The notes beneath the pieces are model-generated. The model was not told where the DNA came from. It did not search any database and worked only from the letters and a program-made list of their open reading frames with translations. A stretch of 58,355 nucleotides of DNA. Origin: a virus (taxonomy: Duplodnaviria; Caudoviricetes). Every line of letters begins with the position of its first letter. The first letter of the stretch is position 1. The stretch covers positions 1 to 58,355 of IMG/VR virus record IMGVR_UViG_3300036760_000091. One strand, written 5' to 3'. Below, one piece after another: positions 16,751 through 28,000 of the stretch. The position numbers and the translations under genes were made by a program.

Positions 16751-17488
16751 GTGGCCTATACTGCGCTCAATCTCTGCAACGCGGCCGCGCGTGAGATCGG
16801 CTACATCGACAATAGCGACTCGCTCGAGGGCGAAGATTCCAGCACCGCCCTCGAGATCTTGCAGGCGATGGTTGACCTCGACCAGGGCAACCGTCGCCTG
16901 ATCTACACCGTCCAGACCATCACTCGAGTACTCGCCGCCAACGTCCAGAGCTACACCGTCGGTGCAGCCGGCGGGGACGTCGTCGGCGCGCGGCCGTTGT
17001 GGGTCGTGCGCCCGATGATCACGCCGGCCGGCGAGACGCAGGAAATCCCGCTCACGCCTTACCTCTCGGTCGAGGAATGGCTCGGAGAGCAGCTGAAGAC
17101 GCTGACCGACGTGTATCCACGCCGGGTGCTCTACCAGCCGACGACGCCGATCCTCGGGACGTTCACGTTCTGGCCGATCCAGACGTCCTCCCCGACGTTC
17201 AAGTACGGCTTGCCGCTGCCGCTGACAACCCCTGTGGCGCTGACAACGGACCTGGCCTTCCCGCCCGGCGGCTACCAGGAACTCTGGCGGCTCCAGCTGT
17301 CGCGGCGTCTCTGCCGGCCCTTCAAGAAGCCGATCCCGCCTGAGCTGGAACAGGACATCGAATATGCGTTCGGCATCGTCGCGCGGAACAACGAGAGTCC
17401 GCTTCCGATGGCGAAGACGGATGCGGCCCTGCTCGGTTCCGGGGGACGTGGAGGGTTCGACATCATCTCGAACTCGTACAGGTCCTAA
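16751..17488 (+). CDS. Head-tail adaptor (P22 gp4-like position)
   Basis: TALNLCNAAAREIG..., FWPI and FPPGGY motifs; precedes the gp10-like gene. Confidence 0.7.
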   Translation: MAYTALNLCNAAAREIGYIDNSDSLEGEDSSTALEILQAMVDLDQGNRRLIYTVQTITRVLAANVQSYTVGAAGGDVVGARPLWVVRPMITPAGETQEIPLTPYLSVEEWLGEQLKTLTDVYPRRVLYQPTTPILGTFTFWPIQTSSPTFKYGLPLPLTTPVALTTDLAFPPGGYQELWRLQLSRRLCRPFKKPIPPELEQDIEYAFGIVARNNESPLPMAKTDAALLGSGGRGGFDIISNSYRS

Positions 17489-17490
17489 CT

Positions 17491-18942
17491 ATGCCACGCA
17501 TGAAGTACCCATCGTTTTGTGGGCCTTCCTACGTTGCTCAGTCAAGCATCACTGACTGCGAACAGTGCTTCAACCTGTTTCCAGAGAGCAACAAGGCTCC
17601 GAGCGCGAAGTCGCAGTACTCGCTGCTGCCGACGCCTGGCCTGAGCCTGCTGGCGACGGCGGACCAGGTGGGCGGACGCGCAATCTTCTGTGAAGGTGGG
17701 CGGGCGTTCTGCGTCATCGGGTCCACCTTTTACGAGATCAACAGCGACTTCACGTTGACGTCGCGTGCGACTGGGCTGAAGACAAACGCCAACCCCGCGA
17801 CGATCTGCGCGAACGACGATCTGAACGGCGAGGTCTTCGTCACGAGCGGCGGCAACGGCTACATCTTCGACCTGCCCACGAACACATGGACAGTCATCGC
17901 CAACCTGGTCGGCAAAGCCGACATGGGCGCGCACAGCGAAGGCTTCTTCCTCGCGCTTCAGTTCTCGACGTCGACGGTGTTTCAATCGAAGGTCGATGAC
18001 GGGCTGACGTGGGACCCGAACGACTTCTTCCAGCGATCGGCGTTCCCGGACCCGTGGAAGTCGCTGACGGTGACGCCGTCAGGACAGGTGCTCCTGCTCG
18101 GCACCGCCACGGGCGAACTCTGGGGCGATGTCGGCACGTCCCCGATCGCCTTCGCGCCGATCGGCGGGGCGAAGTTCAAGCAGGGGATCGTCTCGCCCTT
18201 CTCCGCGCGCGCGCTCGGGTCTTCGATGATCTGGGTGGCGCAGAACTCCGATGGCAACCGGACGATCCAGCAGCTGTCTGGCTACAACGCCTTCCAGGTC
18301 AGCACGCCGCCGATCGACTACGCGCTCCAGCAGTACGACGATATCTCCGACGCGGTGCCCACAAACTACGACCTCGAAGGGCACATGCACTACTCGTTGA
18401 ATTTCCCGAATGCGAATGCCAATTGGACCTTCGACCAGACGGAAGGCTTCTTCCATCGGCGCGGCACCTGGAACACCGGAACGGCCCAGTGGGATGCGTG
18501 GCGCGCGGGGCCTCATGCCGTCGTCTACGGGAAGCATGTCGTGCTCGATCGGCTGTCCGGCGCGGTCTATCAGCTCGGGACGCAGTTCGGCTACGACGCG
18601 GACAGCGGCCCGTTGCGCCGGATGCGGATTCCGCCGGCCATGAACGAGCGGCACCAGACGATGTACTACTCGGATCTCGAGGTGTACATGGAGGTCGGCC
18701 TCGCCAACTACAACGGCGCGGGCAGCAACCCCTTCCTGTATCTCGAGTCGAGCAAGGACGGCGGCAAGACCTTCGGCCATCGCCGCGCGCGCAGCTGCGG
18801 GGTCGCCGGCCGCTACCAGACGCGCGTGCGATGGGGCACGATGCACGCCGCGCGTGACCACGCGGACCGGCTGACCTACGACGCCCCGGTGCCGCTCCGG
18901 ATTACTGACGCGTACATCACCGTCGATGCCGGCACATCGTAA
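17491..18942 (+). CDS. Packaged DNA stabilisation / tail hub protein (P22 gp10-like)
   Basis: NLFPE...LLPTPGL, VSTPPID, EGHMHYSLNFP, SKDGGKTFG motifs. Confidence 0.85.
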   Translation: MPRMKYPSFCGPSYVAQSSITDCEQCFNLFPESNKAPSAKSQYSLLPTPGLSLLATADQVGGRAIFCEGGRAFCVIGSTFYEINSDFTLTSRATGLKTNANPATICANDDLNGEVFVTSGGNGYIFDLPTNTWTVIANLVGKADMGAHSEGFFLALQFSTSTVFQSKVDDGLTWDPNDFFQRSAFPDPWKSLTVTPSGQVLLLGTATGELWGDVGTSPIAFAPIGGAKFKQGIVSPFSARALGSSMIWVAQNSDGNRTIQQLSGYNAFQVSTPPIDYALQQYDDISDAVPTNYDLEGHMHYSLNFPNANANWTFDQTEGFFHRRGTWNTGTAQWDAWRAGPHAVVYGKHVVLDRLSGAVYQLGTQFGYDADSGPLRRMRIPPAMNERHQTMYYSDLEVYMEVGLANYNGAGSNPFLYLESSKDGGKTFGHRRARSCGVAGRYQTRVRWGTMHAARDHADRLTYDAPVPLRITDAYITVDAGTS

Positions 18943-19469
18943 TGGCGGTCGCGCAGGTCGAAGACGCCCCGCTCGAGGAGCCGATCGTCCTGTTGTCGGA
19001 CGCCGCCAAGAAACGGCTCCAGGTCAACGAGGATCGCGGCGACCTCCGCATCAATCCGCGCTGGTACGACTGGATCTGGCAGTCGCTGCTGAAGCGGCTG
19101 AACTCCGCCCCGTCCCAGTTCGGCACCGTCGTCTCGAAACAGGGGCTAACCGCCGCGCAGGCCGTGACGGCGATCGTCCTGCCGGCGCTGGCGCAAGGGC
19201 GCTACCGGGCGACGGTGCATGTGAAGGTCCGGACCGCCGCCGGCACGAACAGTCAGATCCTCGTCACGATCGGCTACACAAACAACGGGGTGGCGTGCTC
19301 GCAGTCCACGACCAATCTGACGACGAATACGACGTCCTCGGTGGAGGGCAAAGTGATGCCGATCGTCTGTGATCAGGCGTCTCCGATTACCTGGTCGACC
19401 ACCTACGTCTCGGCCGGCGTGCCCGCGATGGCGTACGACGTCGACATCAGCCTTGAGGCGCAGAACTGA
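18942..19469 (+). CDS. Putative tail accessory protein
   Basis: INPRWYDW N-terminal motif and beta-rich C-terminus; TAATG coupling. Confidence 0.6.
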   Translation: MAVAQVEDAPLEEPIVLLSDAAKKRLQVNEDRGDLRINPRWYDWIWQSLLKRLNSAPSQFGTVVSKQGLTAAQAVTAIVLPALAQGRYRATVHVKVRTAAGTNSQILVTIGYTNNGVACSQSTTNLTTNTTSSVEGKVMPIVCDQASPITWSTTYVSAGVPAMAYDVDISLEAQN

Positions 19470-19927
19470 TGATCCGCCAAGCCACGATCGCGGACCTTGA
19501 CGCTGTCGTTACAATGGGGCGTCACTTTCGGTCTTCCCTGAACTACACGAACGTCATTGCGGAGAACGTCCCGCAGATGTACGCGACGGCCACGGCGCTG
19601 ATCGAGCGCCCCGACCAGATCCTCCTGGTTGCGGAGTCGGACGCGGCGCTGGTCGGGATGCTCGGCGGACTGCTCTTCGACCACTTCATCTCCGGCGAGC
19701 GCACCGCCGCCGAGATGTTCTGGTGGGTCGAACCGAGACACCGGTTCGGGGTGCATGGCATCAAGCTTTTGAAGATCTTCGAGCGGTGGGCGGGTCGGCA
19801 CGGCGCGTCGATGGTGCAGATGATCGCGCCGTCGATCGAGGTCGGGGCCATCTACGAACGCCTCGGCTACGCGGCCGTCGAAGTGGGTTGGCAGAAGCGG
19901 TTGCAACCAATGCGGAAGGTGGCGTGA
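19469..19927 (+). CDS. GNAT family acetyltransferase
   Basis: MIRQATIADL, LLVAE...VGM, WWVEPRHR, YERLGY motifs. Confidence 0.85.
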   Translation: MIRQATIADLDAVVTMGRHFRSSLNYTNVIAENVPQMYATATALIERPDQILLVAESDAALVGMLGGLLFDHFISGERTAAEMFWWVEPRHRFGVHGIKLLKIFERWAGRHGASMVQMIAPSIEVGAIYERLGYAAVEVGWQKRLQPMRKVA

Positions 19928-20598
19928 TGGATTCCCTTCAGGAACGGATCGACGGATGCCGGCAGATGGCGGCGCAGGGTGCGCCTCGGCTCGAGTCGCT
20001 CGCGGCTGAAGACCCCAGGCTGTCGGCCGTCCACGTCTTTGACGACGTCCTGCCGGACCCCCTCAAGTACCGCGCGCGCGCGCTGGCGCTGCCGTTCAGC
20101 AGCGTGCCGGTGGCCGAGGGCGTCATCTTCCACGGGATCGCGCCCTGCGCTGATCCGACGCTGCCAGAGGCCCTCCGGCGACTCTTCCCAGGCGTCGACA
20201 CCGGCCTGACGTTCTTCAGGCAGAGTCCCGCCGGCCAGCAGGAGCCGAACTACATCCACACCGACCGGGACATGGGCGACTGGACGGCCATCCTGTACTT
20301 GAACCCGGAGCCTGCCGAGGGCGACGGGACGACGTTCTGGGAGAGCCGATCGACGGGCGCGCGGGCGAGTCAGGCGAAGACGGAAGCTGACTTCCATGCC
20401 GAGTGGCCGACGTGGCGCGATCTGTCGGCCTGGCGGCGCTGGCGCACGGTGGACGCGAAGTTCAACCGCCTGCTTGTCTTCTCCGCGCCGATGTTTCACT
20501 CGCGGGCGATTCACGAGAACTACGGAACAGCCGGCGTTGACGCGCGGCTGATTCAGCTGGTCTTCGGCCGAGGGCTACTCACGGAGCCGACACGATGA
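19927..20598 (+). CDS. 2OG-Fe(II) oxygenase (DUF6445-like)
   Basis: HTD...ILYLNP...GTTFW...FNRLLVF...FHSR...RLIQ (HxD...H and R). Confidence 0.8.
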   Translation: MDSLQERIDGCRQMAAQGAPRLESLAAEDPRLSAVHVFDDVLPDPLKYRARALALPFSSVPVAEGVIFHGIAPCADPTLPEALRRLFPGVDTGLTFFRQSPAGQQEPNYIHTDRDMGDWTAILYLNPEPAEGDGTTFWESRSTGARASQAKTEADFHAEWPTWRDLSAWRRWRTVDAKFNRLLVFSAPMFHSRAIHENYGTAGVDARLIQLVFGRGLLTEPTR

Positions 20599-21092
20599 CT
20601 GGCATCTACGCGATCACGAACCGGACTACCGGCCGACACTACATCGGCAGCTCGAACGATGTTGAGCACCGCTTTCGTCAGCACCTGCAGGACCTGCGCG
20701 CTGGTAATCATGGAAACGTCAGGCTCCAGAGTTCATGGAACATGCACGGCGAGGTCGCCTTCGACTTCGAGGTAATCGAAGAGGTCAACGCCGAGAATCT
20801 TCTCCGCAGAGAGCAGATGTATCTCGACGCCTTTTTCGATGACCTCTACAACCTGTCGAAGATGGCTCACTGTCCAAACGCCCCAGGCGTTGCTTTCAGT
20901 GAACGCCATCGCGCTGCGTTGAAGCGTTCAAACAGGAATAGCGGCCGACGTCTCAGCGAGTCAACACGCGCGAAGATGAGCGCGTCTCGGATGGGCCGCG
21001 CGCCAACAGTCGGAATGACAGGAAAACGCCACACAGCTGAAGCTCGTGCCCGGATGCGAGCGAATCGGCATGGAGTCGCCCGATGTGTATAG
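20595..21092 (+). mobile_element. GIY-YIG homing endonuclease with NUMOD3 repeats
   Basis: GIYAI...HYIGSS...R...H; SESTRAKMS and GKRHTAEARARM. Confidence 0.9.
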
Positions 21093-21763
21093 GCACAAGC
21101 GCCGCCGTCGGCACCGCGATCGCTGGTATCGCTGGAGCCACTGGCGTCATCGTCGCCGGCAAGATGGGTGCGGACGCCGCCCACGAGGGCGCGAGCGCGA
21201 CGTCCGACGCCGCCGCGCGTGCCGAGAAGGTCGCGGAGGCGCAACTCTCAGAGAACAAGCGCCAGTTCGACCTCACGCAGAAAAACAACTGGGCGCAGTA
21301 CCTCGCGCACGAGCAGCGGATGGCCCCGTATCGTGGCCTCGGCGTCAGCGCGACGAACACGCTGTCGGACATGCTCCACATCCCGATGGCGAACATCGCG
21401 CCACCGCCGAATCCGGATTGGGGCACGGCTCCGACGGCGACGACCCAGACCGGGCAAGCGCCGGCCCCGGACGTGCCGCAGGCGACCACGGCTGGAGCGC
21501 CACCGCCCTTCGCCGCGCCTGGAGGCGGGCAGGTCTACACGTCGATGCCGACGTTGAACTCGATGCTGGTCGCGCCGTTGGCGTCGATGGGGCCGAGCGC
21601 AGCCGGCGGCGTGCGTCAGCCGGCGCAGATGACGAGCGGCGCGCCGCCGATGGTGATGATGCGCGCGCCGAACGGACGGACGCAGCAGGTGCCGGCCAAC
21701 CAGGTCGCGCACTACCAGTCCAAAGGCGCGACTATCGTGGCCGCGTCAGGGCAGGTGACATAG
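21083..21763 (+). CDS. DNA ejection protein (P22 gp7-like position)
   Basis: Gly/Ala-rich N-terminus and APYRGLG...L motif. Confidence 0.6.
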   Translation: MCIGTSAAVGTAIAGIAGATGVIVAGKMGADAAHEGASATSDAAARAEKVAEAQLSENKRQFDLTQKNNWAQYLAHEQRMAPYRGLGVSATNTLSDMLHIPMANIAPPPNPDWGTAPTATTQTGQAPAPDVPQATTAGAPPPFAAPGGGQVYTSMPTLNSMLVAPLASMGPSAAGGVRQPAQMTSGAPPMVMMRAPNGRTQQVPANQVAHYQSKGATIVAASGQVT

Positions 21764-22777
21764 ATGGCTGGCAGCATTTACGACTCGTACGGTGAACAGC
21801 AGCAGGACGACTGGTTCGCCAACAACGCGCCGCCGGCTCCACCGCCGGTCGATCCCGCTGGCGCAGGACTGAATTACTCGGTCGAGACGGCCGCGCCCGA
21901 AACGCAGAGCCAAATTGACGGCACAGGCGACCCGACGGGGTCGAACGGGGACCCCTCACAGACCACATCGCCGCCAGCTGGCCCGCAGAATCCAGGCCCG
22001 CAAGGCGTAGGCGACCCAGGTAACAACTACAACGCCGTGGCGGGCTTCTATTCGACCTTCCTCGGGCGCGGTGGCAACGCCAGCGAAATTAACGGCTGGT
22101 TGAATAGCGGCCTGGACCTCGGCACGATTCAGAATCAGATCGCCAACTCGGCGGAAGCGCAAGCGTACGGATCACGAGGAAACAGCGGTGGTCAAGGGAC
22201 CATGCGCGACATCCTCGCGCCGTTCACCGGCAGCTGGACGCCGCAGAACGCGCCCGTCTTTGGGCAGGGCGGCTCTCCGATCGCGCCGTTCAGCTTCAGC
22301 CGGCAACTGCCCGTCTTTCAAAAGTTCGACGCGCCGACGCTCGAGCAGGCGCGGGACGAACCTGGGTTCCAGCTCGCCCTTCAGGAAGGGACCGAGGGGA
22401 TCCAGAACAGCGCGGCGGGCCGTGGCCTCACGCGGAGCGGAGGGACGCTCAAGGACATCCTCAAGTACAACCAGAACTTTGCCAACCAGAACTACCAGAA
22501 CGTCTACAACCGAGGGTTCAACACCTGGCAGGCCAACACGTCCGGGGACCTGAACAACTGGCTGACCGGCGCGAACGCGGACCTGAACAAATACAATACG
22601 AACGTCTCGACGCAGTACCAAATGCCGTTCGATGCCGCGATGCGCTCCACCGGCATGAACAACGACAACAGCTGGAAGAGCTACCTTCAGAACTACGACC
22701 AGTTCAAGTACAACGAACAGTGGCCGTACCAAGTTTTATCTGATCAACAAAAGATTGGAATTTCAGCGAATCAATAG
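21764..22777 (+). CDS. DNA ejection protein
   Basis: PGFQLALQEG...IQNSAAGRG...SGGTLK...NQNFA motif; Asn/Gln-rich. Confidence 0.7.
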   Translation: MAGSIYDSYGEQQQDDWFANNAPPAPPPVDPAGAGLNYSVETAAPETQSQIDGTGDPTGSNGDPSQTTSPPAGPQNPGPQGVGDPGNNYNAVAGFYSTFLGRGGNASEINGWLNSGLDLGTIQNQIANSAEAQAYGSRGNSGGQGTMRDILAPFTGSWTPQNAPVFGQGGSPIAPFSFSRQLPVFQKFDAPTLEQARDEPGFQLALQEGTEGIQNSAAGRGLTRSGGTLKDILKYNQNFANQNYQNVYNRGFNTWQANTSGDLNNWLTGANADLNKYNTNVSTQYQMPFDAAMRSTGMNNDNSWKSYLQNYDQFKYNEQWPYQVLSDQQKIGISANQ

Positions 22778-22781
22778 AGCG

Positions 22782-23411
22782 ATGAGTATCAGCGGTATCT
22801 ACGCCATCACGCATCGTGCGACCAACCGACACTACGTCGGCAGTTCTACGCACGTCATGCGACGTTTGATGAATCACCGGACGCTTCTCCGACGCGGGGC
22901 GCATGAGAACCCACGTTTGCAGTTCGCGTGGAACAAACACGGCGAGGTGTCGTTCGATTTCGATCTTCTCGAAGAAGTAGACGAGGTCAACCTGTTGGCG
23001 TCAGAGCAGCGTTACCTAGACGCCTTCTTTGAGCAGCTCTACAACCTTTCGCGGGTCGCTGGCAAACCTCCTAGCCCGAGAGGGGTACCGAAGTCGCCCG
23101 AACATCGAGCAAAGATTGCGGAAGGAAATAGAGGCAAAGTGTTCACGGAAGAACGTCGCGCGAATCTCAGCGCAGCGCAAGCCAGAAGAATGGCCGATCC
23201 CGCCCGGAGGGTCAAGCAAGGTCTAACGCGGAAAGGCGTTCCGCTGTCTCCTGAGCATCGCGCGAAAGTCGCTGGCGTATGGAAGGGTCGGAGGCACACG
23301 CCTGAATCCAGAGCCAAGATCCGAGCGTCCGCCCTCGGCCACGGTTGTTCGGCTGAGACACGGGCCAAGATCGGCGCGGCGACCCGCGCTCGTTCCAAGA
23401 AGGCAGCTTAA
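22782..23411 (+). mobile_element. GIY-YIG homing endonuclease with NUMOD3 repeats (paralog of 20595)
   Basis: GIYAI...HYVGSS; repeated SPEHRAK and TPESRAKI. Confidence 0.9.
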
Positions 23412-25079
23412 ATGTCCGGACAATTCGTCTTCCAGGCATATCAGCAGGACTCGTCTCCAGTGACGAACGCCATTATGGCGGGCGGTGCTGCGCGGGCGCG
23501 CGGCGCGGAGGTCGCCGGGCAGGCATGGGGGGGGGCTGTTCAGGGCGTCGGCCAAGCCGTCGGTCAAACGCTGAACGACATCCTGAAGTACCGATCGCCG
23601 GAAGCGCAGGCCAAGCGCGCTGAGGCTACGCTGGCGCTCGAAGACACGAACGACACGCTGGCGATGCAGAAGGCGATGCGCGCGGCCGGTGGCGATCCGA
23701 ACGCGGCGCTGATGTCGCTCGATAAGGCCGGCGCGATCGGCGCGTCGACGAAGCTCCGCACCCAGATGAACGTGGAGCGCAACAAGGGCCTCGACACGCA
23801 CATCAAGGAACTCACGGTCCAGAAGGACAACTTCGAGCAGGCCACGAAGCTGATCGGCTCGGTGCCGGAGGCCGACCCGAAAGACCCGGACAGCCTCGCC
23901 AAAGCGAGCGAGGTCTACAAGTCGATCGTCCCGCAGTTGCGCGGGCTGCTGTCCGGCCCGGTGGACCCGGCCACGGGAAAGCCGACGCCCGGTGTCGGCG
24001 CGTCGATTCCGGACGAGTACAACCCGGACACCGTCCAGAAGATGCGGACCCTCGGGATGAGTGTCACCGAGGCCCTCAGCTACCGGAAGGAAGCGGCGGC
24101 GGAAGCGCGCGCGGCGCTCACGGGGGCCACGACGAAGGCCGAGCTGATCGACAAGATGACGACGTCGACGGCGAACTACCTCCGGACGGTCGACAACCCG
24201 GCGGAGTGGGCGAAGACGCTGGCTGGCGTCAAGCAGCTGGTGCCGCCGGACGTGGCGGACGCCATCATCGGCCGGTTCGATCAGACCTTCGATCCGAAAG
24301 TCTCGCCGCAGAAGGCCGCTGTGCTGCTCGAGAAGCCGAAGGAGACGACGTACGAACCGAAGAACGTCATCGCCACCGTGGCCGGGAAGCGCGTCCTACT
24401 CAGCGCCGGGTTCGATAAAGAGAAAAACCAGTGGTTTGCCCCGGACGCGCCTGGGGTGCCGCTGAAGAACGTCGTGGAGTTCGTGAAGGGGCCGGAAGGG
24501 CAGCTGACCACGGCTGACCGGAGCGAACTGACGAAAGCCGTCCAGGACAACCCGCATATCTGGAACCAGCTGACCGAGACAGCGCGGACGCAGATTGCCG
24601 GCGACCTGCACAAGGCCGGGTTCAAGTTCCCGATGATCGACCACGGGGCGAGCGTGGCAGCGGCCGAACGCTGGAAGATGGGCGCGCTGAAGGCGCTCGA
24701 CACCGAGTACGGCACAAAGCGCGGACTGAAAGGGCCGTTCGGGATGACGCAGGCGCAGTACGACGCCAAGAAGGCCGAGATCCTGACGTCGTACAACCTC
24801 CAGATCGGGTCGCAGGGCCAGCCGCCGCCGAAGCCCGCCGCGCCGCCGCCAGCGCCGGCACAGCCCGCGCCTCCCGCTGCTCCGGCCGCTGCCGCACCGG
24901 TTGCGCCGGTTCCACCGCCAGCGCCGGCCGCGCCCGCCGCGCCAGCCAAGCCGGCGACGACCGCTCCGGCGGCTGGAGAAGTGCCGTTGCACCTTCCGAG
25001 CGGGAACATTGCGTGGTTCAAGGACCAGGCCGCGCTCGATGCGTTTCTGAAGAAGCACAACCTGACCGTTAAAAAATGA
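23412..25079 (+). CDS. Putative DNA ejection protein
   Basis: Position in the ejection cluster; helical, with a Pro/Ala-rich C-terminal linker. Confidence 0.6.
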   Translation: MSGQFVFQAYQQDSSPVTNAIMAGGAARARGAEVAGQAWGGAVQGVGQAVGQTLNDILKYRSPEAQAKRAEATLALEDTNDTLAMQKAMRAAGGDPNAALMSLDKAGAIGASTKLRTQMNVERNKGLDTHIKELTVQKDNFEQATKLIGSVPEADPKDPDSLAKASEVYKSIVPQLRGLLSGPVDPATGKPTPGVGASIPDEYNPDTVQKMRTLGMSVTEALSYRKEAAAEARAALTGATTKAELIDKMTTSTANYLRTVDNPAEWAKTLAGVKQLVPPDVADAIIGRFDQTFDPKVSPQKAAVLLEKPKETTYEPKNVIATVAGKRVLLSAGFDKEKNQWFAPDAPGVPLKNVVEFVKGPEGQLTTADRSELTKAVQDNPHIWNQLTETARTQIAGDLHKAGFKFPMIDHGASVAAAERWKMGALKALDTEYGTKRGLKGPFGMTQAQYDAKKAEILTSYNLQIGSQGQPPPKPAAPPPAPAQPAPPAAPAAAAPVAPVPPPAPAAPAAPAKPATTAPAAGEVPLHLPSGNIAWFKDQAALDAFLKKHNLTVKK

Positions 25080-28000
25080 GCGACGACCTCGACCTCGACA
25101 CGCTGGCGGCAGACGCTGGCGCGAAGGTCACGCCGCCGACGTTGCCGAGCACGCAGTACAGCGGCGTCATGGCGTTCAAGCCGGAACAGAAAGCTGAAGA
25201 CTGGGACGCGATCGCTAAAGCGGCCGGCGCGCGCGTCGGTGCGCCGAAAGCCGAGGCCCCGCTCGACGTCGAGGCCGCAGCTCGAGCCGAAGGGGCCACG
25301 ATTCGTCGTCCAGAAGCGCATATTGGACCAGCGCCGACACCACACGTCAAGGAGGGCGAATCGGTCCAGTTCCTCCATGTCGACGCCTCCGGGTTGCCAG
25401 CCGCGCCTCGTGTTGCGCCACCGAAAGCAGATGGACCGCCGCTTGTGAATGGCCGTCCTGTAGGCGACACGCGGAACGTCTGGGACCCCGTGGGCGCGAT
25501 GCAGAAGATCGGCGCAAGCGCGACGGCGATCAAGAGCACGTTGGACGCCGGGCAAGTGCTGTGGAAAAGCGACCACGACCGGAACGCGGCATCGGCGGCA
25601 ATCGAAGGACTATTTGAACTAACCAAGCCGTTGATGGTCACGCTCGGCGCGGCTGCGCCTGCGCACGCGGCCGTCGGCATCGCCGCGACGATGGCGGCCC
25701 AGAAGGCGACGTATGCCTTCGTGAAGTCCAACGGTGGGACGGATACGGATGCACGCCTGGCTGGTAATATCGCCGCCTTGCTCGCCGCCGGCATCAGCAG
25801 CAAGAAGGTGATCGAGGCTGGCAATAAGGGCGTCGAGGCCGCACTCGACGCAGCGAAGTCTGCCGCACGCCCGTTGGCGTTGTCGGCCAAGCTGGCTTAT
25901 GCGGGTTACGGTCCTGGAGACATTCCAGGTGGACGCGCTGTGCCGTTTGCCGCAGACGGGCCGAACGGCCCTAGCGACGTGCGGACCATTGTCGAGTTGT
26001 TCACAGAGGCTCCCAAAGGTACGCCGGCAGCGGACATCGACGCGATCCGACGCGGGTTCACTGGAGAGCCATCCCCAGGCCATGAGTTTACGGCGGTCGG
26101 AGAAGAGCCTCCCGTCCCGACGTCGGGACCGGTCGCTGTTGAACCAGAGATCAAGGCACTGGAGCGCGTACTCGAGGAACAGGACGCGCTGCGAAAGGCT
26201 GGAGCAGCCAAGACGGACCAGCTGTATGCCGCTGCAGCGCAGAAACTGGAGGGAGCCGATGCCACTCAAGCCGGGCAGCAGCCGGAGAACGATCTCGGAG
26301 AACATCTCGGAACTGACACACCACGGGTCCCGGCCACGGTCGCACCGGCAGATCGTAGCGATCGCCCTGTCGAACGCGGACCGGCATCCATCCCCACGGT
26401 CGAGCAGCCCGAGTCGACACTACGGGGCGGGGAACTGGAAGCATCACCACAAGCGGACCTGATCGAGCGGATCGTGACGGCCGCGCACCGCCCACGCCCA
26501 GAGGTCGCCCCGGTCACAGAACTCAAGGGCACGGACGGAAAGTGGTATCGAGGCAATGGGTTCCCTGTCGGCGTGCAGATGGTGGACCCGGTCGAGAAGC
26601 GCACGGCCGGCTATTCGCTCTTGATGCCGGACGGCACCCGCGCCGGCACGATTCGTCCGACGGCTGACGACGTTCACGCGGACATTCAGCGCGCCGAAAA
26701 TGCGAACGATCAGGATTTCCGCCAAGCTCTCAGGGAGATGCCGCCGGAGCGGTTGCAGTCACAGGCCGAGTTCTGGCTGAAGGACAAAGCGCCGAAGGCG
26801 AAGACCGTCGAGACGCCAGCGCCGGAGATGGGCGTCGGCACCACGTTCAACGCCGAGGGGAAGACGTGGCGTGTCCTGAAGTATCAGGAGCACGGCAAGG
26901 GCACGCAGCTCGAGCAGGTCGGGACAACGCTGGCTCCAACCAGCGGAGTGATGGCCCCTGGCCGAGTGACGAGTCGGTGGGTGTCTGATTCTGAACTTCG
27001 CGTGATGCTCGGAGAGCACGCGGCCGCAACGCCGAAGCCGGCGGTGGATCTGGTCATCCAGTCGCTCAGGCCTGGTGCCGCGCCTCGCACGGTCACGCTG
27101 CCGGCGACGTCCGCGCCTCCGGCGGTACTCGAGCAGCCGAAGCTGGCGGGCGCGGAGATCCGCCACAACACCCAGAACGGGGGCGTCGAGGTCAAATTCG
27201 CGTCGAAGCCGGCCCAGGAAGTCCTCGAGCAGTTGAAGGCCAAAGGCTTCAAATGGGCGAAGGGTAACAAGGTCTGGTACAAGAAGATTGCCGCGCCTGG
27301 GAACACGTCGGCCTACCTCTCCGAGCACGATCGGCTGACCAAGATCTTGCAGGGGATCGTCGGAACTGCGCCGGTCGCTGCCCCGTTGACAGCCTCGACG
27401 GAAGCGCCCACAGTAAAGGAAGCCGATGTCGCAACCAGTGGAACTGACGCCGGACAACTACCTGTCGCTGGAGGACCAGCCGCTGACGCCGTACGAGATG
27501 GAGGCGAAGGCGCACTGGGAGCGGTTCCTCCCGCGAGCGGTAGCCGAGTTGAACCGGAAGGGGCCGGAGGCGTTGGACACGGCGATTCGAGCAGCCGCGC
27601 ACCTGACGGAGTACCACACGCTGCGAGCGATGGCGGAGAATCCGGGGCTGCACGAACTCCAGGCGCGACGGATGTTCGAGAATCAGTGGCTCATGGTCCC
27701 ACCGGAGCCACCCACGACCCAGGGCACGCCGCCCTCGACTACCAACTCACGCCCGAGCGCATCGCCGCCATCATCGGACGCGGCCCGCTCGAACGCGCCC
27801 GAGGCAACCTCGAGGCCGTCGACCTCATAAAGCGGCTCACCGCCGAGAACCGCTACGCCACGCCAGACGAACAGGAGATCCTGGCGAAGTACGTCGGATG
27901 GGGCGCGAGTGAACTCGCCAAATTCCTCAGTGACTATCCCGACGCCGGCTGGAGCAAGAACGAGCGCGCGATCTGGGAGCGCATCAAGACCGACCTGACG

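Noticed and set aside
20595-23411. Terminus duplication around the two GIY-YIG genes (and the HNH at 43321)
   Set aside because: AT-richer flanks are visible in places, but I found no convincing duplicated peptide or DNA
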